DNA of 64,000 nt from Acanthaster planci (lineage: Eukaryota): NCBI RefSeq assembly GCF_001949145.1, contig NW_019091361.1, forward strand, positions 4,150,164 through 4,214,163, read 5' to 3'. A model generated the notes under the pieces. It made no database searches and was not told the origin of the DNA. It saw only the letters and a list, made by a program, of their open reading frames with translations. Below, in pieces: positions 25,801-40,700 of this stretch (its first letter is position 1; each line of letters starts with the position of its first letter). The translations under genes were made by a program, and so were the position numbers.

Positions 25801-28572
25801 CGGGTGTGCAGGTACCCAGGTAGACCCAATTGAAACAGGCTTGCAACAAATCTATGAGCTGTACCTCTGGCCTGGGGCTCCTGTGTTGTAACCCTAAACA
25901 CTGCCCAGGCTGTGATTAGCCTTTCATCAAGGACTTCGTGGGTGTGTGTGTGACTGCAAAGTGACTGGACAGGAGACCAGGCGAGTGGCGCAGCCATGAG
26001 GCCTTTTCCAACTTGATTTTGAGGTTTTCGTGGTGAATTATTCATAAGCTTTCTGATATGCATTATTCATAAACTTTATGTAAATAGTTGAAGCGGATGA
26101 GTCTCTGAAATAAACGACATCAACTCCAAAGCTTACGCAATGTTTCCATCTGGTTTTTCATGATGGCAGTAAGCCGTGAGATGACAAATATGATACTTGT
26201 TGGTGGGGGATGGTGCTGACATTGGAGTAACACTAGCAGTTCATCAAGGCCCAAGCAAACGGCAGTGCTTGAAATAAGGAGCTCTGTCCCGTGGGTAGAG
26301 ACGAAAATGTCACGCCCATGTAAAGATGCTTCAATAGCCTAACGCTGAAATGGTTTAAACTCGGCAAGCTGAAGTTTTCCAGCAGCATACTGGTACTCTA
26401 AAGAACTGTCCAAATACTGCTCTGACAACTAACCTGCACTCACGGCCGCCGACACACTTGACACGCTCGCCATCTTGTGTATACTTTCAATTTGCATAAT
26501 AGGTTAATGTGTGCTGACCCCCTTGCTTATGATTGACTGAGATATTTGCTACAACGGGATAGCAAAAATTGAAAACATGAAGGAAAACATAAGAAATTCC
26601 TGACAAGTTGGAAAAGGCCTCATGGCTGCATCACTCGTGTATGTGGTCTTGGGTCCAGCCGCTTTGCAGTTACACATAAACACACCCGCGAAGGCCTTGA
26701 CGAAAGGCTAGAGAAGCACAGGATTAAATCACAGATCTGTCAAGTGGGGTAATTGAAGTAATCCTTATGGTGTTGCCCAGTCTTGCCAGAGCCCTGCCAT
26801 GAATACTGAATGAAGGGGATAAGTACATCCCTTTATACCAGGCTGGCTTCTCCTGGAGGCTGTTTTTTTATTTACTTCCAGGCTTTGGGTGACTGTTAGG
26901 TTTCATGAGGGCTTGATTTACTGTGTGATTGAGGTGTGCTCAGCAGGCCCAAAAGATGCAGACATTCATTGGTGGGGAGAGAAAAAAGATGCATGTGAGT
27001 GGTATGCTGCTGGTCTGAGGATGTGGTCTGAATTGACTTTTAATTGACTGTTTGTAGGACAACCACAACATAGCAAGGAATGGGAGCAAAACCTGGTAAA
27101 TGTAAAGAACTTGTTAGGAATGGGAACGCTGTCTCAGCAGTGTGGACAGAAAGCCCGGAACAGTCCTGGGTTTTTATTTGCCATGGCCTTTCAAATGTCT
27201 TATTGCACCCATAGTTACTGGTACTAGGTAAAAGAAGATTTTGTTTAAGAAAGGCATTTTATGCCAAAGGACAACTCTTCATGGTTACTTGGTACATTGA
27301 ACAGATCACAACAGTAGCTGGAAATATGTGAGAAAAAAATATCGCATCTTGTTTGTGGTTGCTGTGCCTCTGCATACAGCCCTATGTTGCTCCTAATTAG
27401 CTAGCTGTGTAAGACAGGTAGCTTCCAAAGTCTGGGACTCCAACCACAAATCTGTCAAGTTGGATTAATTGGGAGTGGTTGTCTATAATTGGATCAGTGA
27501 ATTGGCTGTGAGTGAAGGATTACATGTAGCCTTGTTATCAGCTTGCCAGCCACAGCTTGCCAGCCACATCATTAATGGGCTATCCCATGAATGGGGATAT
27601 TGACAAGAATGAGTGGTTGGACTAATTAGGACTTGACAGAAAAATTCAGTTGATAGCTGGAGCCTTTCAAAAATTGAAAAATGAGGAAAACAACTGAGGA
27701 AGAATTTAGTAGACAATATGGAGCCTTTCTGTCAATTCGATATGAAGAATGTGATGTAAATTTTCAGTTGACACAGGGGCGAAGTAAGGGGGTTTGCGTG
27801 GGAGGATGTGGGAAGGTCTGCCCCACCCCCAATAATTAATTCCAGTCGGCAAGTAGACTTCGTTTGGCAAATGAATCCAAAATTGGTACAAAAATGATAT
27901 ATATTGGCCATCAGCACTTCTCCTGAAGCATGAAATTGTAGCCTACCACCGATTTCCATTTTCCTCACTTTGTGAATTTTGACATGAGGTCAACAAACAA
28001 ATTAAAATTTGGTAAAATTGACTCTGGCACACCTCCCCAAACCCTGGTTTGACACATGCCATCTCCTTATGAAAATGACGAAAATGTGCTTTACGTAAAA
28101 AGAATATAGACCTGTAGATTTGAACTCTTTCTAATCCCCCGTCGATGCATGATGCCTAAATGCTAAATGGTTCTTCCATAAAAAGGAAGAGATGAAACGA
28201 AACAAAAGTTTGTAATCTTTACTTGAATTACTTTATTTAATTTGAACAAAAAGAACACCCGAAATTTTAACCCCATGGCAGAATCCCTCTGAAAGAGAAA
28301 AGTTTTCCCAGGATCAAAGTGTCTGGCCCACCATTGCAGTTTGTATTCACATGCGTTTTGCTGCTTGTTTTCTTCCGCAGTGAATTTATTGTCAAACATT
28401 ATCGAGGTTGGGAGAGTGCCAGATGTAAGTGTACATGCCTCAACTTCCTTTGGAAAAGACAAATCACCAGCAAGCACTCCAGCCTGGATCTGTGACTGTG
28501 ATCCAGGCTGGTATTTCCATCTAGACACTTTACATGCCTGGGAAAATGCCTCATCATTCCTTTGGCTGGCTA

Positions 28573-28639
<67 letters not shown>

Positions 28640-28655
28640 AGCTGGCTGGCAGGCA

Positions 28656-28704
<49 letters not shown>

Positions 28705-31700
28705 TAACTGTACTGGACTATGCATGTGAGACTGAATAGGCTTTATTGTTGTTTTGTATGGGACTGGGGTACTTGAGAACTAGTTAACAATTTGACAGTT
28801 TGCTCAAGCAGTGTAAAGACCCAGATATTGTCCCCCCCCCCCGGATCTGTGGAGACACTGAATGATATTTGCTGAACGGTAAAGACCAGAATAAAGGCAT
28901 TCTCACTTCCTGAATCCCCTCTGCTTTCCTCACTAAACCTTTTAATGACCCCAGGGCTGTAGGCCTATGCATGTGTAATTTTGTCCCACCCCACAGTGGA
29001 TGCTGTAAAAACTTGGTGGAGACCACATGGTATTTGGATTGTCAAAAACCTGGGAAGTCTTTAAAGCATAGTCAGCATTACTGATTTCCACATTCCAGCT
29101 TTGTTTTTTTTGTTTTCTTTCCTGTTTGCTGGGGAATATCTTCGTGACCATCATTGTTGTTCGGTCCAAATATTCTTCAGATAGATATCTTGAAGAATGG
29201 AAGGGGTTAGAATATAGCTACCAGTGGAAAAGTGCAGAAAATAAACATCAAAAAAGGCTTTGAGTTTGAAGCTTTAACCCCAGCATTCCTCAATCCTTCA
29301 CCTTAAATGAGAACTGTTGGCCTCAGCATTGGGGCTACTCATCAAAATATATTTTTATGCCAAAAAATTAACCCATTTAAAAGTGTAGCTCATAAAGACG
29401 TTTTGTGCATTTTGGGAATTTTATACATTTAGCAGATTTTTTTTCCTCTCTTATCTCACCTAAAGTGGCAAATTAGATCTCGTAAATCTGATCTAGATCA
29501 CGAGATGTTCAGTTCAGATGCTACCCATTCAAATTCCCATACACTTTATTCAGCAGAATGCTTGACCCACTGCCAATGTTCAGTGGTGTCAGGCCCCTTA
29601 TAAACGGCTTGGACTTCTGATGTGGTAAACATGAACATTGCAGCTATCAGAGGATCATTCCTTCAACCACTCATCCCTAAGTGGATTCCACTGAGGCTGG
29701 AAATAATTAGATGGAGTACAGGCCCTTCTCTAACTGGCACCTCTCCAGATGGTGTTTCCAGCTTCAATGGAGTTTTTTCCTGCTGCATGAGTAGCATGGG
29801 TGTTGCCAGGGAGGGGACAGGCTGTTTACGGGGAGGGGTAAAGTATGCAGTAATAATACATGTAGCAGACTGACTAAACTAGCGACTGAGGATGGGACCA
29901 ATATTCCAGGTAAATTTTCCCATCTGTGCCTATCAGGCTATTTGGCCGTGTCGAGTCGTGTTGGTCAGGAGCTGTTTTGTTGCTGAGCACAACAGAAAAT
30001 GGAGGTTTTTCCCCCCAGTTTTCATTGACTCGAGCTGTCTTCAAGTGTCTCTCTGTTGGTAATGTAAGGAGCTGTTGGTTGAGACTCTAGGGCCTGGAGT
30101 GCTGATAACAAGTACCAATGGTGCTTCCAGACCCATTGACCCGCATTACATTACAGTCAGTCTCTCTTATTATATGGTGCTTATTTATGAGCGGCTTCAG
30201 TCCAGAACTTTCTGCGGAGTACAATTGTGTGCTGAGAGTGTTGTGTATCCAGCTCTTTTGACTCTGCTCAGCCTGTGCAGTTTTCCCATAGTACTAAATA
30301 GGCGGTGTATACACATACTTAGACTAGTCGAGTCTGATTGCCTTACTTCCATGTGTTTGTGTCAAACGTTTTAATAGCGCTCTTGAATGCTTTGATATTC
30401 AGTGCCGCACTAATAGTACTCAAATATTGCACCTAAGTCCAAGCTCAAACCTACGTGAACTACATGTAAATAGGCTGTAGGCCGACTCAAGGCTGATCAT
30501 TCAGTTCATATCTTAATGCGATATGTCAAGGATAACAGCAATGCTTCCCTGAAAGGTTAGACACCTTCCATTCTGTTTATAACTGCAGTGGTGCGCAACT
30601 ATAATTACCTTTCCTGGGACTGAGCTCTTGAGCCTGGTGCTTTAAATAACTAAATGTGATACTCTTCAAAAGTGAAAGAGAAGAAAACGAAATGTAAAGT
30701 CCAAAACAAACCATCTGGTACTTTAAACATAAGGTAGCAGCCAAAATACGCACGTTTGCATGGGAGTGATGTTCATTTCTTTAAACTGAGACTTGGCACA
30801 TACAGTGTATTAATTAAAGATTAAAGATAGAACATCACTAGTAATTAGGCCCCACACTGAAAAAAAGGAAAAGTGCTGTTAAGTCTCATATCATGTGAAA
30901 TTACTTTCGTTGTGTTTTTCAGCTGTGAAGCGTTGGTTTGGGATGCTGCAAAACATGACAGACACGTTGTTTCTGGATGAGATGGGGCCCAAGAGTGACA
31001 GCATCTGCCAGGTACCCGACCTGAAGGCACCAGCCCAAATGTGCAGGGATGAGATAGGATGGGAGTGTAACATGGTCCCTGCTTTCTCCTCATACAATCC
31101 CTCCACCAGGTAGGCTTTCATGTGGAACTTCATGGATGCTTGCTTTGTTGCCTTGTAGGTAAACTTTATCAACCACAACACATATAATATAACATGGTGG
31201 CGGAAATGGGAGGGACAGTGGCGTAGCTAGGATTTTACTGGTGGGGTGGGGGGCAGGAAGGGGCACCAGCATCTTATGAGGGGCACCAGCTTTCAGTAGT
31301 GTGTTTTTTGGGGGTAAGTTTTTGTTACCCTTGTTCAGTATCTATTTCTCCGTTTTTTTTCCAGTGGGGGGCACCTGGGGGGGGCACTGGGAATTTGTGA
31401 GGGGACACATGCCCCCCACCCCCCTGGCTATGCCACTGGGGAGGAGACAAGAATTAAGATATCTTACAGCAACACATTTTCATTCCACTCATCGGTATTT
31501 CAGAACTATGAACTGAAGCAAGCTGCTTCCCAAATGCAAATGAAAATTATTATTTCAAAAAGGCGACAACATAATATTTGTTTAAAAATCTCAATGTGTT
31601 GTCATTATCTGCGATTGTTTCATGATACAAGGATGTGAGGCAGTTTATCAATTGCTATCAAGCAGATTGGTGACTTCCAACCAATTTCCTTCCCCTTTTT

Positions 31701-34700
31701 ATTTTTTTTTTCGCTTTCCCTCTTTCTTCTTGTTCAAATTTTCCAGGGGGTGAGCCGCTCATCTCCCATAACTCCCCCCAGCACTCAGGGTTGTGTACGT
31801 GTAGTACAGTACACTAGGTTTTCATTGTTACAATTTCTTTTAGCATTACATTTGCTACAGAAAAATCCCAGTCAGATTGCACAGAAGGACAAAATACCAA
31901 AACATCAGAAAGATGACCAGACAAACCAAGGATATGCTTCCCTTGGCACTTTTCTCTTTGTTCTCTGTTTATTTCCCTCGGCATATTTTTCTGTGATGGG
32001 TCCTTGGAATTTCTCTTTGCTTCAATGCTTCGTTTTTCTTTAAGTACCAACATTTTCACGGTCTATTTGAAGCATCTGGCTGAAATTAAATATGGACAAA
32101 TAACTGGTACCAGCTTTGCTGGGGTGAAGCACTAATGGATTTGTGGCAGAAACAGCAGGACCCTAGAGATATGGAAACATTCCTGCAGGGAGAAGTTGAC
32201 TTCAGTTGTAAAGCAAACTCTTGGACATGAAAAAATTGATCCAGTGTGGTCTATCTTATTTATATACATGTATATTTGACATATATGTCCATCTCAAATG
32301 CAGTTGAGGACAGGAACGTTAAGTAAACATGACCACACAGGACTCCCATGGCCGTGGAAAAATTTCTGCAAATTTTCTTGGAAAGTCACGGACAAGTGGG
32401 GAAATAATTGAGTGTCTTGGAATCCTGTTGTCAGAGGGACGCAGCCGTGGAAATGGCACAGGAATCAAGATCATGCAAGGATTATTTTTGATCAAGGCCA
32501 GATCCAGACCCAAATTCTTTTTTTTGGGGGGGGGGACACCAAACCAAGTTAGCAGCATCCCTGGTGCACTTTTGCATTAAGTTATCACACCAGTCACAAT
32601 TAAACATCTGCTCAGAAACAATTTCCTTAACGAAGGGCTTTCTCCATACAAAACAACCTTCATTTAAGACACTTAATATCTTCACTCTGACTGATTAAAA
32701 AAAATCCTCTTTGAATTTTTTTGGGGGAGAGGAGCTAAATATATCCCCCATTGGCCCCCCCTCTGCCCTTGTTTTTGATTGGCTATCACTGAAGTGATAA
32801 TGCATGGAGAAATTTAAGCTCTTTTTGTCATTCTACCATAATGGTTATGGCAGTCTTCTAGTTGGTAATACCAAACAACTTTTTTTCTGCAAAATGGCTT
32901 TAAATGTCATGGCAATTGTCATATTTGAGTCCTGGGAAGACCTGGAAATGTCATTGAAGAACTTGGTTCTCATATTCTTATAGGAACCCTGCAACAAAAC
33001 CCTACATTGGATTGAACTGACACTTTCACAGATGTACTTATGAGTACCTTGAAATGCATGCCAGGTTTTAAACTGAGCAGTCATGGAACAGTCAATATGG
33101 CGATGGTATAGGACCCAAGCTCCGCCTGCAGTAAATGGTCTGTAAACTCCAGCCCAATTTATCCAATAATGTACACTCTCATCACAATCTGTGTACACGA
33201 TTCATCACCATAATTGACTGACGTGTCTCTGTAGGGAACCAATTCTTTGCCCTATGCTGGAACTGACACCTTGAACACCATTGCACAGCTCACTTCCAAT
33301 TACAGGCCCTGGTGCCTGGATGTCCAGTTTCAACTTGGTCACATGTGTGAGTTCATTTGATAGCCTAGCTGGCAGGGCTAGGCAGGTTCTCATTCATCAG
33401 GCTTACCAAGGACCAGATGCCCTGTCCCTGATTACATTTGTCCCCACTGTTTGGCCGGATGACCACCCCCTAAGAGTTAAGCTTGCCCAATCAGGGCTCA
33501 GCAGCTGCACCTGCACGGCTCAGTGGAGGGCATAACCTAGCCAGGGGGTACAGTATTGCCCATGGACTTTACCTATCTACATAAAGCCCTCTAAGCATTG
33601 AAGCCAAAATGCCATCCTTAGATGGTTTTGTAGTCACTGGACACCGCTTTCCTTGGACTTTTTGAGTTACGCTTGTAACACTTGGCAAATTATAGTCTGT
33701 AGCATTTACTTTTCTTTTTTTATGTGAGCATGTTTTTGTGTTTCCAAGTTTTTGTATTTAAGTTCGAGGAGGCAGTGCACAAGAAAGACAACAGTGCTAC
33801 AATCCTGGACAAATCTCATTGGTCCCCCCACCCCAGCCCCCTCTCAATGTTGGGTCTCAGTGCGCGGTCTGCGCACCAGCGAGACATGACAACATTGACC
33901 AGGGGAGCGGGGGATCTGGAAAGGGTATGGCTATTGACACGAGTCCCAACAATTTTGTCTAGGATTGCAGCATCTGTTACCTATGCACCGAAACTATTAG
34001 TTTTAAAAAGCCCCCACATTTTTATGTGTAGGCTGGTGTAGTTTCTACCAAAAGTGAGGGTTGTGGTAGTGGGGTTTTTTGAAACCATCTGGCACTGGTT
34101 CTGTCAGTCATTGTTGGGGTTTATTCTTGCTCAATTCACACCAATTCAAATCTTAATCCGAGGTCTTGTGTGCTTCCTGTCCATTGCTCCTTTCAGTCCT
34201 GTTTTCTTCCCTTTTTGTCTTTTACGCATGTAGGGTTCAGATGTTATTTTTTCTAAGTGGGATTGTCCCTTGGCTCTTCCTTAATTGCTTTGTGTTTAAA
34301 GATATCTCAAGTCCTTCCTGGCTCTTAGCAGAGTTGAAAGTAGGGTGAAGAGTGACGGACGAATGCTTGTGTCACAGTTGGATTTGGATAAACCTTTTGA
34401 TTTGGCTTGCTGCTGGATGGTTGTTCAGGCACGGAGGAATAAAACACAAGGACTTGTAGAGACTCGCAGGGACTTGTGATGGATTTTCGTGGCAGTAACC
34501 AGTTACGTGGTAGTTTAGTGCCTGACAGGACACAGTCTGCATATCCATGTACATTTTAAAAAGACGTGCCTGTAGGTCTCTGGTTTTGGTCTCCATTACG
34601 TGAATTGCGTCGATGGATTACAGGCCTGGATCTCTTACACCAGATCTTTCCCCTACTCCTAATCCGGACTTTGCTTCCTCTTCCCCTCTATTTCACGCTG

Positions 34701-37700
34701 GATGGGGGGGGGACCAAACACACAGCTGAAGTTTTAACCAAGTCTAGCTGTAATTGGATTGTTCCTGTTTTGCCAGCTGTTACCTTGTCTGCCAGGGCTT
34801 GTTTCAGAAAGTTCAGTGCCAATAAACTACATTTGTTTCCCTAAATATGTCCAAGTCTAAGGCCATGGTCAGATTTATGTCCACACAAACAGCTGGGAGA
34901 CACCGGGCGTCTGAAATGCTACTGAAAGACAGGAACTGAATCTTGAGTCTCTGAAAGGAGAATCCTGAAAAATAATCAAACAGAAGCTTGTGGACTTGTG
35001 CACAGTAAGTCAGGAAAAGCTCGCCAAGAGGTGGGTTTTTGAGTTGAGATATTGTTCATCAGTCATTACAAAATGGGCACTGAATTAACTGAAATAATGG
35101 GAACAGTGAAAACTATTTGTAAACAAAAATAATTTAAACTGCATATAGCATCTGTGATATCACATTTTCAGTCACGCAGTTTCATAGGCCTTCTATGTTT
35201 TGATGGAAATCCTACTTTGTAGAAATTTTCCTTTAAGACATTCCAAAGTTGTATTTTGCTCTGTTGTCTTTTCTTTCTTTTGTTGTCAATTACCGGTACT
35301 AGAGTTGTCCAGGGCAAGTTGTTTTTCACACACCATTTGAACCATTTCCATCCTAATTTAAAATTTCCTGCTGAAATATTTGGATACCGGTGTGCAGAAT
35401 GTTTGACAAAACAGGTGTGAACGGGCAGGTGGTGCAAACTTGTAGTCTGTTCATTGCAGGCCTAGCTGAACTTTTGACATTGCTGACAAAACTGAGTGGA
35501 TTGTCACAGCTAGACCACTGTTGGCAAATTTCTTGACAGAGAACTGGAGCTGAAAAGTGTCACTGAAAATGGAGCCGTGACACATAGGTCCTAGAGTATT
35601 GTGGGCGTGGCAAGCAGTACCAGAAAATTGTAAGAGGGGAGATTGTAAAGGGGTTGCCTCTCTCTGCAAATGACTTTTTGAGCTGGAGAGGGATAGAGCA
35701 GGGTGGCAGAGTGCAAAGGGCTGGAAACTGCTGATAGAAAAATGGCAATTAATGCATAATGAATTATGCAAAACCAGGATGGTCATTGGCAGATTCAGCA
35801 TTTTCAGCAAGGGGCCCTCAAATGAAGGTGCATAATTATTGTAATAGTGGTTTTTTTTATTATAAAATTGTTAGTTGATTGCAGAAGGAAGAGGTACCTA
35901 GGAGGGAAACTATCTTCATCTGCTACTGATAATAAGCAATGATAGCGTTGATTACCAAGTTAAAAATATTCCTAAATCACATTACTGGTGTTGTCATAGC
36001 CTAATTTTGTTAACCTAAAAAAGGAGATGCAAATGGGCAAACAAACCCTTTTTTCCTGTTTATATGAATTGGTGTGGACATGGTTACTATGTTAATTACA
36101 TTGCAAAGGGGGGGGGATAATCTAACCCAACAAAAGAAGGAGGGGTTCTCCCCCTGAAATCCTTTTTTCATTTTCAGAAGATTTTTTTCTGTCTTCAGAT
36201 GAAAGGACTTACATGAATCTTCTATTTTTTGGGGCATGATTGCATCACAGGAATATTACAGTCAAATGCCCAGGCAGATTCCGGGTCAACCAGGTCGACC
36301 GAACTGAGTCGGAGGAAATTGTGTCTAGGGGCAGCTACCGACGGAAGGCTGTTTGGAAGTACTACCAAGGACCCCAGGAGATTGCTATGGAAACAGAGTA
36401 TGCCGATGTGGTCTGCAAAAATAAAAAGTAGGTAAATGAAGAATTAGCAGTATAAGACTGCTTTTAGTTTGAGGCTAACCCCCCACAAATCAAACAAGCA
36501 TTCACTATTGCAGTTAAGAGCAGTCAAATGGTTGAATGGGAGCAGTCTCTTTTGACTTGAAACAAAATGAAAAAAAACCAAAGATCACTGGTTGAAGCAA
36601 AACTGAGAGGAGTCAGGGTACCTGTTCAAATTGTAAAAATGTTTCCAAAGCAGCCATTGTTGGAATATTGCTTCATGTACTGATTGCAAGATTGCTTGGT
36701 TGCCATATTTTTAATGCATGCATGCTACCAGAAAACTGGTATTAAACATAGATTTATTTCTTTTTTTTCCAGTCATTTTTACGGAACCACTGAAGGCTTT
36801 TCTTGGGCTCAGGAAAACTGGCTTTCTGTTTGGCTTTGAAAACATTTTTTTTTTCTGGATGTGTGGTGCCGCAGACTAAGTGGTGATAGGTAACACCTGA
36901 TGTAGGTAACACCTGTGTTCAGTCCGTACTTAGAAGAAAAACCTTTGTAAACCTTCTGAATAAAAAAAAAAACCTGATTGAAATTCTAGTGTTAATTCAT
37001 GCAAAATAAGTATGAGTTAACTAGGTGACCTCCAGAAAAGCCGTACCATTGTGGAAGTATTGTGTTTATTTAATAGCTGTGAGCATTAACTTAATTCTGA
37101 ACCCGATTTTTTTCTGGATTGACTTTCTGCAAAAAAGGCGATTTGTGAAAGACAGGGATTAGTCCGGACTTATAGCTATTTTGCCACCGAGATTACTCCT
37201 GTGATTTGGTGTGGATTTTATTCCATGGACGTGCTTTTGTAGCATAGCCTCTAGAGATCCAGCCATAATATTGATGTGGAGAGAGATTAGATAGTCTGGC
37301 CCATTCAGTCAGAGGGTATTTACCTGGATTAAGAGGAAACTATCCTTCAATATTCTGGGTTACTGACTCACTCTATGGCCCAGCTTTGGGAAGTGCATGT
37401 ACATGTCCTAGCTACCGCTGCAAGGAAAGCTGAACTTGTGCCCTCTCATAAACTAGCACACTCCATGCTTCATGTGGAAAAGGGATGAGCAGTGGTTATA
37501 CACCCTGATAGGACTTCTGGTGCAGTTTCAATATCATGTTACACATGCCCTAGGGAATTAGGGTGCACTGCCAAAACTAAGATGTCGAAAATTTGAAAGT
37601 GAACCTGGATCATATAGTAAGAATAAGCTTGGTAATGGACAGAGGTCTGCGATGTAAAAGCATGAGGGAATACGAGCAATCCTCCGTGTCTAATGCATGC

Positions 37701-40700
37701 TCAGAGGACACAGAGAACTTCCATATCCAGAGAAACTCAACAATCCTAAAAATTGCAATTATTTTAGTCAAAACTATAATGCGGATCCAAATTTATCTGT
37801 CACTGCAGTATTCTTGATAATGCTCAACTTTAGGATGGTTTTCATGTACACAGGCAGTTTTTCTTAGATACGGTGCAGTCACTGTTGCAGCATTTATTTA
37901 TTTGTTTATTTTTGGGTCATGCACTTTTCACTTGTCATAGTATTAGTGATGACAAAGTTCACATGGTACAGTTTACAGTAAAGATCATCTGGTGACAAAG
38001 TAAGTGCACTTCCAGATTTTACAGGAAAACAAACACGCTGCCAGGGACATTTTAGCAGCACACCTGCTGGGGCTGTTTCTCTACAGTGGTGCAAAGGGCT
38101 CGATCTTGCACCCTAGTATCAACACAGTCCAACCAGAAGAACACCATATCATTGACAAGCCAGATAATATGCTAGTCTCTGCACTACAGCGTAGACTGCG
38201 ATTGTTTACATGTTGTACCAGCTCCAGAGATTCATTGATTTTGGATTTGTTGGGTGCCCGGCAGGCAAGCTGAAAATGCTTTGGCCTAGACCGAAGTTAT
38301 TAAGATTTTGTGAAATGTGTTTCAAGGGGATATGGGATGAGAGAGGACAAAAGGGTGGGGAGGAGACCGCCAGACAGGGGATGGGGAGAGGACGGGGCTA
38401 CTCAGCAGTCGAGAGAAGGGAGTAAATACATTTCAGCAAGTATGTTCTGGATGGCTTATTCTTAAAAAGATGTGTGTCTTCAGTTTTCTGTGAACGTAAA
38501 ATTTCTGTCGGCTTTGAGTGCAGCAATTGATTTTAATATTTCAGTGCATCCTTGGGTATTTGTAACATCTAGCCAACTTTATATGGTCAACGTGCTACTG
38601 TGTGCTTAGCCTGATGTTACAATCCCCTGAAAATATTAAGCATTTTTTGAAAAAATAAGCGTTTTGGGCAAAGTGATTGTACAGATATATGCCGGCAGGA
38701 TGACTCATTTGAGAGGAGGGCAAACTACAGAAAATTTTTGTAAGAAATTCCGGATAAAATGTTCTCCACTACAAGAAATTGTTTAGGAGTCATAATTTAT
38801 GGGATTGGTGTCAGGGAGCGACTGAAAGTTATCTTGCTGTACTAAACTGTCCGATTGCCTGAGTCTCATTCCAGGTCACAGAATGATATTGCAGATTTTA
38901 TGTGAATTAAGGCAATAAAATGTGTCACCTGTCACCCTCACTTCACCTCACATGACTTCTGCTCAGGATGCAGGACCTTCACAACTACCACACCCAGTTT
39001 GTGCCCAAGCCGGCCGCCGACCGACAACAGGAAGGGAGGCTCCGGGAGGTCAAAGGTCAGGAGCCGGCCTGGCAGCCCCTCTGCATTCTCACGGTGGTCC
39101 TGGATTCCATGTCCAGGGCACAGGCCCATCGCAGCTGCGGCCTGCCCAAGACTATGGCTCTGCTCAAGAAATTCTACCGGGGCTATTTCAGTGGTAGGTT
39201 TTTGTCATTTCTAGGTTACTGGAAAGAAAATCAAAACTGTTTGTTGCCCCCTCCCTAAAGAAAAATAAGTATTGTCCCTCAGTTGATATCTTGAGTTGAT
39301 ACACAACATGCATTGTGAGGATAAATTAGGTACATTTTCCCAGGTCAGGTGTATCAAGAAACATCTTCAGCGTGATTGATTGGACTGTTATGGGTCTGGG
39401 ATTCATTCTGAGCTTAATTTAATGTGCCCAAACAAGGTAATTGTATAATTGGAGATTTTTGGTTGCTTAGTCTGGGGCGTTGGCTGGTTTGGCCCCAGGG
39501 GATGCGATTTTCAAGAAAGTGGAATAAACGAGGAAGGCAAGTGAAAAGCAGATTGTTGCCCTACCTACTCTCCCCTCGCAATAAAGTCTTCTTCAGTTTG
39601 ACACTTGAATCAGAGCATGGCCATGTTTCCCATACAGCTGAGATCCATCTTGCAGACTGCCATTTGGTTTAAAATGAAAACTAGGAGCACCTCAAGCGGA
39701 ACTCCCTTCTGCTGGCCCTACTAAAAATGGCCTATTCAAACCAATTGATTTTTGAATTGGATTGAATTGGAATGAACTGGGTCCAGTTGGCAATCAATTG
39801 GTGCTCATTTGGTTTCAGTTGGTATGTTTTCTCTCCCACTTATTTTCCCCCGTCCGTTGGAGATTTCAAATGGGACGCAGTTGGTTTCAATTGGCATTTT
39901 TTTCTTTGCTGTTTATTTTCCCCAATCAATTGGAATTTTAAACGGGAATCAAATGGTTCCAATTGGTATGCTTTCTTTCTGTTTGTTTTCCTTGATTTCT
40001 TTTCCTTGACTCCTTGTGCCTGTAATGCTGGGCAAAAAATGCTGAGCAGCTTAGACATCTTTTATCTGTCTTAGATATTCCGCCGTCGTCTGGCCACGGA
40101 CCCATGTCCCACCAGTCCTTCTTCTTCTCTCGCCTCAATGCCATCAGCAGCTCCACCCTGCTCAACCTCACCCCACTGTTCTCTGGCCAGCTCTACCAGG
40201 ACATTGACATGGGCAAGGTGGCCAGAGGCATGTAAGTGGCAGATGTAGGCAGTGTGATGTGATGACCTCATAATAGAAGTAGCAGGTACCCATGGGTTGC
40301 TTGTGCACTAGTGGGGCCGGCCAAGAGAGTGCATGATACACAGGGCGTATCAAAATAAAGGAAACCCAAATTTGACTGTAATTTATAGGAAAACTGCAGA
40401 TTTCTTAATTAAGCGTTATACCTGTTTGTTTCCAGAAAGGCTTGCATGTCTTCTGTCCAATGACACCTCGATTGTGTGCTCAGTGTCACAGTTGAATGAG
40501 TCACAGTGCCAATTTCACCTGCTGGTCAACAATGCATTGTTACTCATTCAACTGTGACATTGAGCACAAGATCAAGGTGTCATTGGAAAAAAGACACACA
40601 GGCCTTCCTGGAGACATATAATGCTTCATTAGGAAATCTGCAGTTTTCCTATAAATTACGGTTGAATTGGGGTTTCCTTTCTTTTGATATGCCCTGTACA

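Noticed and set aside
28341..28739. WLAG-repeat ORF
   Set aside because: Translation of the (GGCT)n microsatellite.
21573..29909. Candidate extra DUF229 exons in intron 1 (about 21582, 27058-27095 and one ending near 29909)
   Set aside because: No family-like sequence, and phases do not fit cleanly; exon 1 joins 30923 in frame without them.
34370..34640. Minus-strand KPETYRHVFLKC...KRFIQ, reminiscent of a LINE C-terminal zinc-binding end
   Set aside because: Too short and interrupted to call without a profile search.
38140..38275. SALQ...CWVPG, reminiscent of retroelement RNase H
   Set aside because: The motifs lie in different frames and the following GNE.AD motif is absent.
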